64,000 bases of DNA from Gemmatimonadota bacterium (GCA_040389905.1 JAZJZK010000002.1:1-64000); one strand, 5' to 3'. Counted from the stretch's first letter, positions 9,596 to 19,022 are shown. Notes: a model not told the origin generated them from the sequence alone. Numbers and translations: made by a program.

Positions 9596-11701
9596 ATGCG
9601 AGAGTATCAGGGATCGGAAATCCGCAACATCGCGGTGGTCGGACACGGAGGGAGCGGCAAGACCAGCCTGGTCGACGCGCTCGCCTTCGTGTCCGGATCG
9701 AGTAAACGGCATGGCAATCTCGGTGATGGCACGACGCTCACCGACACAGCACCCGAAGAAATCGAACGCGGATACACCATCAACCTCGGTTGCGCACATG
9801 CCGAGTGGATGGATACGAAGATCAACTTGCTCGACACGCCCGGTTTTCTCGACTTTCAGGGCGACGCGATCGCGGGGCTGGCCGCGGCAGATGGAGCACT
9901 CTGCGCCATCAGCGCGACCGCCGGCGTCGAAGTCGGGAGCGAGCGAATGTTTCGCGAAGCCGTGCTGCGAGGGGATCCGGTGCTCTTCGTCGTCACGATG
10001 ATGGACAAGGAGCACGCCGACTTCGACGGCATCTACCAACAGATCAAGAGCCAGCTCACGAACAAGGTGATCCCGATCGAGGTGCCGGTCGGGCAGGGGG
10101 CGGATTTTCACGGCATCGTGAATCTCTTCGACAAGAAAGCGCACGTGTATGCGCGCGGCGCAAAGAGTGGCGCCTACGAGGAGACCGACGTTCCCGCCGA
10201 AGTCCAAGCGCAGTTCGATCGCTACTACGCCGAGTTGATCGAGACGATCGCGGCGACCGACGACACGCTGCTCGAGCGATACCTCAACGGCGAGGAGATC
10301 ACGCGCGAAGAAGCGATGACGGCGATGAAGGACGCCATGAAGCGGATGGAGCTTTTCCCCCTGTTCTGTGTGTCGTCGACGCTCAACTACGGCACGCGTG
10401 CCGTACTGTCGCACATCGTCGACCTGATGCCGAATGCGTACGAAATGGAGGAGATTCACGCATTCACGGGCGCCGAGGGTGACCTCACGGTCGAGATTCA
10501 CGCGAAAGACGAGAATCCCTTCGCGGCGATCGTTTTCAAGACGGCGAGTGAGCCACACGTTGGCGACGTGAGCATCTTCCGCATCCTCTCGGGCTCGGTC
10601 AGAAATGGCGACGAGTTGTACAACGCGACGCGCGATGGGATCGAGAAGCTGAATCACCTCGCCGTCTCACAGGGGAAGGACCGTCTCGAAGTGCCACGGC
10701 TGCATGCGGGCGACATCGGTTGCGTGGCCAAGCTGCGAAACACGCACACCAACGACACGCTGTCCACGCGCGCACACCCTGTGCGTCTGCCGCAGATCCA
10801 GTTTCCGGAGCCCCTCGTGCAGATGGCGATTCATCCCGTGAATCGCCTCGACGAAGAGAAGCTCCAGCTGGGGCTTCACCGGTTGCACGACGAGGATCCG
10901 TCGTTCGAAATGCAGTGGAATCCCGAGACGCACGAGACGCTCGTCTCCGGTATGGGAGAGCGGCATCTCGAGGTCGCACTCTCGAAGCTCAAGCGAAAGT
11001 TTGGCGTCACGGCAGAGTTGACCAAGCCGAAGATCGCGTATCGCGAGACGATCAGGACGCGCGCTGAAGGGCAGGGGAAGCACAAGAAGCAGTCGGGCGG
11101 CCGCGGCCAGTTCGGCGACTGCTGGGTGCGAATCATGCCGACGCCGCGTGGCGACGGGATCAAGTTCGAGGACTGCATCGTCGGTGGCTCGATCCCGAGC
11201 AAGTTCATTCCTGCCGTGGAGAAGGGGATCAACGAGGCCGCCGAACGCGGTGTGCTCGCGGGCTATCCGTTGGTGGATTTCCAGGTCGAGTTGTTCGATG
11301 GTTCGTACCACAGCGTGGATTCGAACGAGATGTCGTTCAAGATGGCGGGTATTCAGGCGTTCAAGGCGGTGGCGCCGAAGTGCAAACCGGTGCTGCTCGA
11401 GCCACTCGATGAAGTCGAGATCGTCACGCCCGAGGAATCACTTGGCGACGTCCTCGGTGATTTGTCGTCGCGGCGAGGGCACATTCTCGGAACCGAGGTG
11501 CCGGAGAATTCAACGGGCACCAGGGTGCGCGCGATCGTGCCGCAATCGGAACTCCACCTCTATGCGAGCGCGCTCCAGTCGATGACGCATGGACGAGCCA
11601 GTTTCAGGCGACACTTCCGCGGTTACGAAGAAATGCCGAGTGACGCGGCTCAACGTGTGGTCGACGAGTCGGCACGACAGCACGCGGAGGCTGCGCAGTA
11701 G
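9596..11701 (+). CDS. fusA: Elongation factor G paralogue (EF-G2 type)
   Basis: GHGGSGKTS, EEIERGYTI, DTPG, GMGERHL, KKQSGGRGQFG, GSYHSVDS, LLEP. Confidence 0.93.
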   Translation: MREYQGSEIRNIAVVGHGGSGKTSLVDALAFVSGSSKRHGNLGDGTTLTDTAPEEIERGYTINLGCAHAEWMDTKINLLDTPGFLDFQGDAIAGLAAADGALCAISATAGVEVGSERMFREAVLRGDPVLFVVTMMDKEHADFDGIYQQIKSQLTNKVIPIEVPVGQGADFHGIVNLFDKKAHVYARGAKSGAYEETDVPAEVQAQFDRYYAELIETIAATDDTLLERYLNGEEITREEAMTAMKDAMKRMELFPLFCVSSTLNYGTRAVLSHIVDLMPNAYEMEEIHAFTGAEGDLTVEIHAKDENPFAAIVFKTASEPHVGDVSIFRILSGSVRNGDELYNATRDGIEKLNHLAVSQGKDRLEVPRLHAGDIGCVAKLRNTHTNDTLSTRAHPVRLPQIQFPEPLVQMAIHPVNRLDEEKLQLGLHRLHDEDPSFEMQWNPETHETLVSGMGERHLEVALSKLKRKFGVTAELTKPKIAYRETIRTRAEGQGKHKKQSGGRGQFGDCWVRIMPTPRGDGIKFEDCIVGGSIPSKFIPAVEKGINEAAERGVLAGYPLVDFQVELFDGSYHSVDSNEMSFKMAGIQAFKAVAPKCKPVLLEPLDEVEIVTPEESLGDVLGDLSSRRGHILGTEVPENSTGTRVRAIVPQSELHLYASALQSMTHGRASFRRHFRGYEEMPSDAAQRVVDESARQHAEAAQ

Positions 11702-11709
11702 CGGATTTC

Positions 11710-11751
11710 GTCATCCCGCAGGAGTGAAGTCGTTCGCTCGTGCGGGATGAC
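11710..11751. repeat. REP-like palindrome, GTCATCCCG family
   Basis: GTCATCCCGCA...TGCGGGATGAC between convergent genes. Confidence 0.75.
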
Positions 11752-11766
11752 CCGTCCGCGTCATGT

Positions 11767-12162
11767 TCATCGCCCAGTGGTCGTCAGAAGGATGACGCTG
11801 CCGGTGTGATTCGTGCCCCAGCGAATCGTCGCTTCACTGGAGCTCAGGTACTGGACGGACTTCACGTACTCGACTGGTATCGAGCGCAGGGATTCGATGC
11901 TTCCGAGCCGCGCATTGTCGAGGAACACGGTCACGAGCGACACGTTCGGGCGGAAGGCCGAGAAGTCGCGTCCGCGATTGAGGAACATGGGCCGCAATCG
12001 CGTGATGGCCTGATAGAGGTCGGTGGCATCTGTTCCGCGCATTTCAGCGATGGTGAGGACATCGGAGTTCCGCCCGACCGGTTCACCCTTGCCAGCCATC
12101 GTGACCGGCGCGCACGCCGGCACACCGATCAACACTGCGACCATCATCTGGCGCCGCCACAT
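11767..12162 (-). CDS. Small lipoprotein-like protein resembling a stand-alone TonB-receptor plug domain
   Basis: GGAGG RBS; signal peptide ending VPAC; VFLDN..LRSIPVEYVKSVQYLSSSEATIRWG..GSVILLTT. Confidence 0.65.
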   Translation of the reverse strand: MWRRQMMVAVLIGVPACAPVTMAGKGEPVGRNSDVLTIAEMRGTDATDLYQAITRLRPMFLNRGRDFSAFRPNVSLVTVFLDNARLGSIESLRSIPVEYVKSVQYLSSSEATIRWGTNHTGSVILLTTTGR

Positions 12163-12439
12163 TGAGACACCCTCCGTATTCCTCAGCGGCAGTCGCCCTG
12201 GGGAATGGTGTAGAGTTTCGCCGGCGTGCACTCGCAGCGCCCGCAAGTGTCCCTAACGAATTTTGCGTGCCAAGCGTGACTCCAGTACTCGACGGATGGT
12301 CACATTGGATTTCTGGGTGATCAGGATCACAGGAACTGGACAGGCTCGCGGTTGATGAAAAGGCGAGACTCGGGCCACGACATTGTCGAAAGAATGCATT
12401 CATCCTTCCACTACATTCCTCATCGTGCAGCCACGCGAG

Positions 12440-13168
12440 ATGGGTAGCCGAACCTCGTATGCCGTCGTTGGAAATGGCCGGATGGGGCGCGCCATGGTTG
12501 CGGCGATGCGACCGCATCTGTCCGTCGAGGGCCCACTGGAGCGCGGCTCCGCCGCCGACTCGGCGGACGTCGTCCTCCTGTGCGTGCCGGACAGAGAGAT
12601 TGCCGCAGCGTGCGCGGCGATTGCGCCAAGTCCTCAGCGTTGCGTGGGTCACATGAGCGCCTCCGCGGAGCTGTCGCTGCTCGAGCCCCATGTCCATCGC
12701 TTTTCGTTGCATCCACTCCTCAGCATCATCGGGCCGGGCGCTCCCTTCAGTGGCGCGACCTGCGTGATCGATGCAAGTGACGAGCAGACGCTCGCGACGG
12801 TGGAGCAGCTCGCATCACTGCTCGGCATGCAACCGCGCCACGTCGCGGACGATCGTCGTGCGCTCTACCACGCGGCGGCGTCCACGGCGTCCAACTACAT
12901 CACGACCGTCCTGGGAATGACCGAGATCCTGGGAGCCGGCGTCGGTCTCGAACGCGCGGCCTTTGCGCAGCTCGTGCGCAGCGCCGTGGAGAACTGGTCG
13001 GCACGGGGTGCTCGCGATTCGCTCACCGGCCCAATCGCGCGAGGCGACGCGGAGACCGTTGCGCGGCAGCGAGCGGCGGTCATCGCGACCGCACCGGAAC
13101 TCACGGCACTCTGGGACGCGCTTGCGCACGCAACCCGGGAGCTCGCGACGAGCGAGCGAGCGACGTGA
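12440..13168 (+). CDS. Rossmann-like/DUF2520 protein (PanG-type ketopantoate reductase candidate)
   Basis: VVGNGRMG, LLCVPD, HMS, SLHPL, YHAAA, LTGPIARGD; overlaps the panC start. Confidence 0.85.
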   Translation: MGSRTSYAVVGNGRMGRAMVAAMRPHLSVEGPLERGSAADSADVVLLCVPDREIAAACAAIAPSPQRCVGHMSASAELSLLEPHVHRFSLHPLLSIIGPGAPFSGATCVIDASDEQTLATVEQLASLLGMQPRHVADDRRALYHAAASTASNYITTVLGMTEILGAGVGLERAAFAQLVRSAVENWSARGARDSLTGPIARGDAETVARQRAAVIATAPELTALWDALAHATRELATSERAT

Positions 13169-14010
13169 TCGTCGCTCGAAGCGTGCGCGAGCTCCGCGAG
13201 GTAGTGGCCTCCGCGCGTTCGCGCGATGAGCGCATCGGTCTCGTCCCAACCATGGGCGCATTTCACGATGGTCACCTCGCGCTGATGCGCCGAGCCCGCG
13301 AGGATTGCGGATTCGTCGTCGTTTCGCTGTTCGTGAATCCGATGCAGTTCAACGAGGCCGCGGACCTGGCGCGGTACCCTCGCGACGATGTGCGCGACAT
13401 GGCGCTTGCGACGGGAGCAGGTGTCGGCGTCCTTTTCATGCCGCCCGTCGACGAGGTGTATCCGCCGCACTTCGCCACGAGCGTCGAGGTAGCCGAGCTT
13501 GCTGCGCCGCTCGAGGGCGTGGTGCGCGGTCCGCAGCACTTTCGTGGCGTCGCCACGGTCGTGACGAAGTTGCTGAACATGGCGCAGCCCGATGTCGCGT
13601 TCTTCGGCCAGAAGGATGCGCAGCAGGCGTTGATCATCCGGCGCCTTGTGCGCGATCTCGACGTGCCGGTGCGCGTGGAAGTGTGCCCAACCATTCGCGA
13701 AGCGGATGGTCTTGCGATGTCGAGTCGCAATGTGCTGCTCGACGCCGACGCGCGACGACGCGCGCCAGCACTCTCAGCGGCGCTATTTGCAGTGGAGGCA
13801 GCGGTCACGAGTGGAGTGCGCGATGCGGCGCGGGCGCTCGACGCAGGTCAACGGATTCTCAGTGAGGCTGTCATCATTCCAGAATACTTCGCGGCCGTTT
13901 CTACGGACGCTCTCGCACCGGTCGATGCATTCGATGGTGAGACGCTGGTCGCCATTGCGGCGCGCTTCGGGAGCGTGCGCCTCATCGACAACGTGATCAT
14001 CAATGCCTGA
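13165..14010 (+). CDS. panC: Pantoate-beta-alanine ligase
   Basis: VPTMGAFHDGH, FVNPMQF, FGQKDAQQ, GLAMSSRN, RLIDN. Confidence 0.96.
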   Translation: MIVARSVRELREVVASARSRDERIGLVPTMGAFHDGHLALMRRAREDCGFVVVSLFVNPMQFNEAADLARYPRDDVRDMALATGAGVGVLFMPPVDEVYPPHFATSVEVAELAAPLEGVVRGPQHFRGVATVVTKLLNMAQPDVAFFGQKDAQQALIIRRLVRDLDVPVRVEVCPTIREADGLAMSSRNVLLDADARRRAPALSAALFAVEAAVTSGVRDAARALDAGQRILSEAVIIPEYFAAVSTDALAPVDAFDGETLVAIAARFGSVRLIDNVIINA

Positions 14011-14857
14011 ATCGAGGCTGCGAGCCATACAGGAGCTGTACGCGCGGGACACGCCGATCGTGATGCTGACCGCGTATGACTACCCATCGGCGCGCATTGC
14101 CGTTGCCGGCGGAGTCGACATCATCCTCGTCGGCGATTCGGCGGCGATGACAGTGCTTGGCTACACCTCGACGCGTGAGATTTCGATCGACGCGCTGCTC
14201 GTTCTCACGAAGGCTGTGCGGCGCGCGACGGATACGGTGCCGATCATCGGCGACTTGCCGTACGGGTCATACGAGGCAAGCGACGAATTGGCCGTTCGTT
14301 CGGCGCGCCGTTTCGTCGACGAGGCTGGTGTGGACGCAGTGAAACTCGAGGGGGCTGGCGAGATGGTCTCGCGGGTTCGCGCGATCATTGGAGCGGGGAT
14401 TCCGGTGTTTGGTCACGTGGGGCTCTTGCCGCAATCCGTTCGCACGCGAGAGGGCTATCGCGCACGCGGCCGAGATCCTGAGCAGGCCCTGGGCATCGTC
14501 GCAGATGCGGACGCACTCGCGGCACTCGGGTGCTCGGGACTGATTGTCGAAGCGGTACCCGCGGCCGTGACGGCGATCATCACGGCGCGAATCGGCATCC
14601 CGGTCATTGGGATTGGCGCGGGGGTAGAGGCAGGGGGGCAGGTGCTCGTGTACCACGACCTGCTTGGATTCAGCGAGGGGCGGATGCCGCGATTCGTTCG
14701 CCAGTATGCCTCTGCGCGTGAGGAGTTGTCGGCTGCGGTGCGCGCGTGGACGTCGGATGTGCGGGCGCGGACGTACCCGGCGGTGGAGCACACGTACCCA
14801 ATCACGGATGAGGCGATGGCGGTCGTACGCGAACAGTTGGGTATTTCGAACGAGTGA
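14003..14857 (+). CDS. panB: 3-methyl-2-oxobutanoate hydroxymethyltransferase
   Basis: MLTAYD, LVGDS, AVKLEG, GHVGLLPQ, IGIGAG, GQVLVYHDLLG. Confidence 0.96.
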   Translation: MPESRLRAIQELYARDTPIVMLTAYDYPSARIAVAGGVDIILVGDSAAMTVLGYTSTREISIDALLVLTKAVRRATDTVPIIGDLPYGSYEASDELAVRSARRFVDEAGVDAVKLEGAGEMVSRVRAIIGAGIPVFGHVGLLPQSVRTREGYRARGRDPEQALGIVADADALAALGCSGLIVEAVPAAVTAIITARIGIPVIGIGAGVEAGGQVLVYHDLLGFSEGRMPRFVRQYASAREELSAAVRAWTSDVRARTYPAVEHTYPITDEAMAVVREQLGISNE

Positions 14858-14895
14858 GTCGCACCGTCAATCAGCTTTGTCAGGTGCTCGGTGAT

Positions 14896-14987
14896 CAGCC
14901 GCAGCTTACAGAGCAACAGGGGGTGTGGCGCTCAAGTGCATCGCACTCGTTACGCCACACCCCCTGAAAGGCCGTAAGCTGCGGCTG
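14896..14987. repeat. Long nested inverted repeat between convergent panB and the KamA-like gene (REP-like or bidirectional terminator)
   Basis: CAGCCGCAGCTTAC/GTAAGCTGCGGCTG and CAGGGGGTGTGGCG/CGCCACACCCCCTG perfect stems, with an inner AGTGC/GCACT stem. Confidence 0.8.
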
Positions 14988-14990
14988 GCC

Positions 14991-16187
14991 TTATCCGTTC
15001 GCTGACTTCCGCGACCGAGCCACCCTCTTCTTCTTCGCCGCCTTGCCAGCTTCGATCGGCACCACGCCCTGCTCGGCTGCAATGCCCGGCGCCGCCGACG
15101 GAACCGGCACTTGTTTCGGCTGCTTGTACGTGAAGCGCTGGCCCTGATAGTTCCGGAAAATCACCTCGTCGTCCGTGATTTCCTCGACGTACTCGGGAAG
15201 CAGCGGCACCTTTCCGCCGCCACCGGGCGCGTCGATCACGAATTGCGGGACGGCCAGGCCAGAGGTCCACCCGCGCAACGCCTGGATGATCTCGAGTCCT
15301 TTCTGCACAGTCGTGCGGAAGTGCTCTCCACCCGCGACCTGGTCCGCCATATAGATGTAGTACGGACGAACGCGCGCCTTGAGCAACTCGTGCATGAGCT
15401 TCATCATGACGCGCGGGTCGTCGTTCACGCCCTTGAGCAACACAGTCTGGCAGCCGAGCGAAACACCGGCGCGACTCAACCGATCGAGGGCGGCGACCGC
15501 GGCCGGCGTCAACTCGCTTGGATGGTTGAAGTGCGTGTTCATGAAGATCGGATGGTACTTCTGCACCATGTCGCAGAATTCCGGCGTCACGCGCTCCGGC
15601 AAATGCGAGGTGATGCGGCTGCCGAGCCGAATGATCTCGATGTGTGGAATGGCGCGCAGGCGCTGGAAGATGTACTCCAGACGCTGGTCGCTCAGCATCA
15701 TCGGATCGCCACCGGAGAGAATGACATCACGGATTTCCGGATGCGCCGCGAGGTAGCCGAACGCGGATTCGTATTCCTTGAGTGAAATCTTCTCGGGGTC
15801 GCCGACCTTGCGGCGCCGAGTGCAGAAGCGGCAGTAGCTCGCGCAGACGGGGCTCACGAGGAACAGCGCGCGATCCGGATAGCGGTGCGTGATGTTCGGG
15901 ACCGGGGAGTCACCTTCCTCGTCGAGGGAGTCGATGACGCCGTCGACGATCTCGAGCTCCTGGACACTCGGGATGAACTGCTGCCAGTTTGCGTCGCCGA
16001 CCTCCTTGATCTGCGAGAGGGATTCTCGCGTGATGCGCATCTGGAAGTTGTCGAACGCCGGTCCGAGCGCGGCGATATCGATTTCGCGTTCGGCCACCTC
16101 GGCGCCGAAGCGCTCGGTGACGTACGAATGGAGTTGCTCGAGCGTGCTGATGCTCTCGTCGCGCAACGACTTTTGCCAGTCACTCAT
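14991..16187 (-). CDS. KamA-family radical SAM aminomutase (lysine 2,3-aminomutase-like)
   Basis: HRYPDR, CASYCRFCTRRR, LSGGDP, THFNHP, QTVLLKGVND, DAPGGGGKVP. Confidence 0.92.
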   Translation of the reverse strand: MSDWQKSLRDESISTLEQLHSYVTERFGAEVAEREIDIAALGPAFDNFQMRITRESLSQIKEVGDANWQQFIPSVQELEIVDGVIDSLDEEGDSPVPNITHRYPDRALFLVSPVCASYCRFCTRRRKVGDPEKISLKEYESAFGYLAAHPEIRDVILSGGDPMMLSDQRLEYIFQRLRAIPHIEIIRLGSRITSHLPERVTPEFCDMVQKYHPIFMNTHFNHPSELTPAAVAALDRLSRAGVSLGCQTVLLKGVNDDPRVMMKLMHELLKARVRPYYIYMADQVAGGEHFRTTVQKGLEIIQALRGWTSGLAVPQFVIDAPGGGGKVPLLPEYVEEITDDEVIFRNYQGQRFTYKQPKQVPVPSAAPGIAAEQGVVPIEAGKAAKKKRVARSRKSANG

Positions 16188-16840
16188 CGTGTGGCTGCTC
16201 CGCGCTCTCGTGAGGTGAGGCGTGTGGTGTAGATGATTCGATCGTCGGCCGGGCGGTAGAAATCGCGAACTCGGGCTGCCTCGGCGTAGCCCGCGCGGGT
16301 GTAGAACCTTCGCGTGTTTTCGTAGTCGGCGCGCGACGACGTTTCCGCAACGAGCATGCGCACGCTTCGCGCCGTGAGTGTTTCCTCGACGGCACGCACC
16401 AGTGCCCGTCCAACACCGTGGCCGTGCGCATCAGGGTGTACGGCGAGCCAATACAGGTCGTAGGTGCCGTCGGTAGACGGCGTGGGGCCGAAGCAGGCGT
16501 AGCCGAGCAACGTGTCGTCGTCGCCGAAGGCACCGAGGAATTCGTAGTCGGACTGCGGAACTTGAGGTGCAGACCCCTCGACTCGCACTTCGTGCTCGCT
16601 CGGGGTGACAAAGGCTCGCACTTCGTGCTCGCTCGGGGTGACAAGGTCGTGCGCGGCGCCTCCCCACTTGTCATCCCGAGCGAGCGACGCGAGTCGAGGG
16701 ATCTGCACCTCGGCCCCACTCACCCCATCATCGAACAGCTCGAGCGCCACTGCGACTTCGTCCGGCGAAAAGACATTCGTCGCCTCGAGAACAGCGGCGA
16801 CCGGCGCGCGATGCCGAGGCTCGAGCGGACCAAGACGCAT
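16184..16840 (-). CDS. GNAT N-acetyltransferase carrying an in-frame REP insertion
   Basis: GYACFGPTP, YDLYWLAVHP..HGHGVGRAL, ETSSR..Y..TRRFY; about 50 extra residues encoded by the repeat. Confidence 0.88.
   Translation of the reverse strand: MRLGPLEPRHRAPVAAVLEATNVFSPDEVAVALELFDDGVSGAEVQIPRLASLARDDKWGGAAHDLVTPSEHEVRAFVTPSEHEVRVEGSAPQVPQSDYEFLGAFGDDDTLLGYACFGPTPSTDGTYDLYWLAVHPDAHGHGVGRALVRAVEETLTARSVRMLVAETSSRADYENTRRFYTRAGYAEAARVRDFYRPADDRIIYTTRLTSRERGAATR
16564..16711. repeat. REP doublet (GAGGTGCAGA..GGGGTGACA family) inside the GNAT coding sequence
   Basis: GAGGTGCAGACCCCTCGACTCGC ... GCGAGTCGAGGGATCTGCACCTC inverted ends; internal 33-bp tandem duplication at 16582 and 16615. Confidence 0.9.
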
Positions 16841-17901
16841 CAGACCTCTCCCGCGGGAAAGAGCTGCAGCTCATCCGCCGTGACGGCGACGCCGGAGAGA
16901 TGCTTGGCGAGCGCCCAGCGTTCGGCGGTCATGACGCTCTGTCGCGTACGCTCGAGCCCGAGCTCGCACATCTTGCGGACCAGCGCCCCGTACTCGATCC
17001 CCGCAACGCGAGCCATGCGCGCGAGGCCGGCGTCGGGGGAGATGTCGGGGTTCGCATTGACTTCGAGAATCCAGGGACGTCCGCGCTCGTCGATGCGAAG
17101 ATCCACGCGACCATAGCCGGCGCCGCCAACGATCCGCCATGCCGCGACAGCGATCTTCCGAATTTGCGATGCGACGCTCGCCGGCAGCCGCGCTGGGCAA
17201 CGTGGCGCGGATCCGAGGTCCTCGTCCGAGCCGTCCTCCCACTTGGAGCGGTACGTGACGATCCGCCACATCCCCTTGGGCATGTTGCCAAAGTCGATCT
17301 CGGCGATGGGCAGCACCGCGTCGCCCAAGATACCGACGTTCACCTCGCGCCCCTCGATGTAGCGCTGAACGATCACCTCGTCCCAGCGGCCCAGCATCGC
17401 ATCGACCCGTTCCGTCAGCGCGCGCGTCGTACGCACGACCGACCGCTGTTCGATTCCGATCGAGGCGTCTTCCGCCGCCGGCTTGCAGATCGCGGGAAAG
17501 CCGACGTTTGGAATTGTCCCGCCGCGGCGTACGACCGCGAACTTGGGAACGGGGAGCCCGACGCGGTCGAGCGCGCCGTTGACGATGTGCTTCCGGAGCG
17601 TGAGTGAGGTCGTCCAACTCGAACTGCCGGTGTATGGCAGGCCGAGAAGTTCGAGGACCGAGATCACCGGAGGTTCGAGCGCGGCGACGCCGTCCACGGA
17701 CTCGCAGAGATTGAAGACGAGGTCGACGCTGGCGCGGCGCAGCTTATCGATCCACTTCGAGTCCGGATAGACAGGGACGCGGACGATCGCGTTGCCCTCG
17801 CCCGCGAGGCAGCTCTCCACGGCATCGACGCAGCGCAGAATCGCTGCGTCAGCGGCGAGCCCTGTGGCGCTCGCGGCGTCATAAAGGATTCCAATCTTCA
17901 T
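16840..17901 (-). CDS. ATP-grasp ligase, D-Ala-D-Ala ligase-like (copy 2)
   Basis: VFNLCES, PYTGS, KPAAEDASIGI, QRYIEGRE, GRVDLR, LEVNANPD; ATGA overlap with the upstream gene. Confidence 0.9.
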   Translation of the reverse strand: MKIGILYDAASATGLAADAAILRCVDAVESCLAGEGNAIVRVPVYPDSKWIDKLRRASVDLVFNLCESVDGVAALEPPVISVLELLGLPYTGSSSWTTSLTLRKHIVNGALDRVGLPVPKFAVVRRGGTIPNVGFPAICKPAAEDASIGIEQRSVVRTTRALTERVDAMLGRWDEVIVQRYIEGREVNVGILGDAVLPIAEIDFGNMPKGMWRIVTYRSKWEDGSDEDLGSAPRCPARLPASVASQIRKIAVAAWRIVGGAGYGRVDLRIDERGRPWILEVNANPDISPDAGLARMARVAGIEYGALVRKMCELGLERTRQSVMTAERWALAKHLSGVAVTADELQLFPAGEV

Positions 17902-19022
17902 GCGTGCCGTCTGGTGAGCGGGATGCCTTGACGCTCGGCGGCTGCGCGGAGGCATGCGCAGATCAGTGCGTCGTAATCGAGTCCGGCGGCGCGAGCGGCC
18001 TTGGGCAGGCAGGAATTGTCCGCGGGGTCCGGAAGGATACCAGGCAGCGGATTCACCTCGACGACGTTTGCTCGGCCATTGGCATCGAGTCGCACGTCAA
18101 CGCGCGACCAATCGCGGCAACCGAGCCCGTCGTATGCGCGCAGCACGACGTCTTCGATCTCGACGCGGAGTTGCTCGCTGACGTCTGCGGGGCAGTCGAA
18201 CATGTCGAGCGGCTGTTCGGGACGGTCCCAGATCCACTTGGCTTCATAGCCGTAGATCGGGAGAGCGCCGTCGGGCAGGGAGCCGAAGTTGATGCCCACC
18301 AGGGGAAGAACCTGCGCGGCGGCGCCGTTGCCGAGCACACCACAGGTGAATTCCGCTCCGGGGAGAAATGTCTCGACGATGACCGGCTGGTCGTAGCGTT
18401 CGAGGAGACCGAGGACGACCGGTTCGATCCGTTCCGCGGCGGCGATGAAGTTTCGTTCCGTAATTCCCTTGGACGAGCCCTCGTGCACGGGCTTGGCGAA
18501 CAACGGCAAGGCCGCGGCGGCGGCGGCGACGAGGGCCGAGAGCTCCGCGGGAGAGCGCACGAGCCACCAGTCAGCCGTCGGGACACCCCGAGCGCGCAGC
18601 ACTTCCTTCGTGCGCGCCTTGTCGAGGCAGAGCGCCAGGGTAAAGGGATCGCTGCCGGAGTAGGGAATTCCGTAGAACTCACAGATCGCCGGGACGTGGG
18701 CTTCTCGATTCGGTCCGCGGAGACCCTCGGCGATATTGAAGACGATGTCCGGGCGTTCTTCGCGAAGCCGCAACGGGAAGTCGTCCGTCGCCTCGAGATG
18801 AATGACGTCTCCGAGCGTGGCGAGGGCGTCGGCGACGGCGTTGATCGTCGCGGGGGAGTCCCACTCGGCGAATTCGTCGTCCGCGACATCTGTGGGCGCG
18901 ACGAGGGTGGCGACGCCCGCGCCGGTACTGGGCGGCTCGTCGTCGGCGCGCGCCAGCTCGGCCGCGTGTGGCGCGGCGATGGGTTCAGGCTTCTGATTGT
19001 ACGCGAAACCGATGCGCGTCAT
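17898..19022 (-). CDS. ATP-grasp ligase, D-Ala-D-Ala ligase-like (copy 1)
   Basis: AEWDSP, VFNIAEG, PYSGSD, KPVHEGSSKGI, SRVDVRLD, EVNPLPG. Confidence 0.9.
   Translation of the reverse strand: MTRIGFAYNQKPEPIAAPHAAELARADDEPPSTGAGVATLVAPTDVADDEFAEWDSPATINAVADALATLGDVIHLEATDDFPLRLREERPDIVFNIAEGLRGPNREAHVPAICEFYGIPYSGSDPFTLALCLDKARTKEVLRARGVPTADWWLVRSPAELSALVAAAAAALPLFAKPVHEGSSKGITERNFIAAAERIEPVVLGLLERYDQPVIVETFLPGAEFTCGVLGNGAAAQVLPLVGINFGSLPDGALPIYGYEAKWIWDRPEQPLDMFDCPADVSEQLRVEIEDVVLRAYDGLGCRDWSRVDVRLDANGRANVVEVNPLPGILPDPADNSCLPKAARAAGLDYDALICACLRAAAERQGIPLTRRHA

Noticed and set aside
16840..19022. Housekeeping ddl or van-type resistance ligases
   Set aside because: Not in a dcw/mur or van context; paired and coupled to KamA-like and GNAT genes
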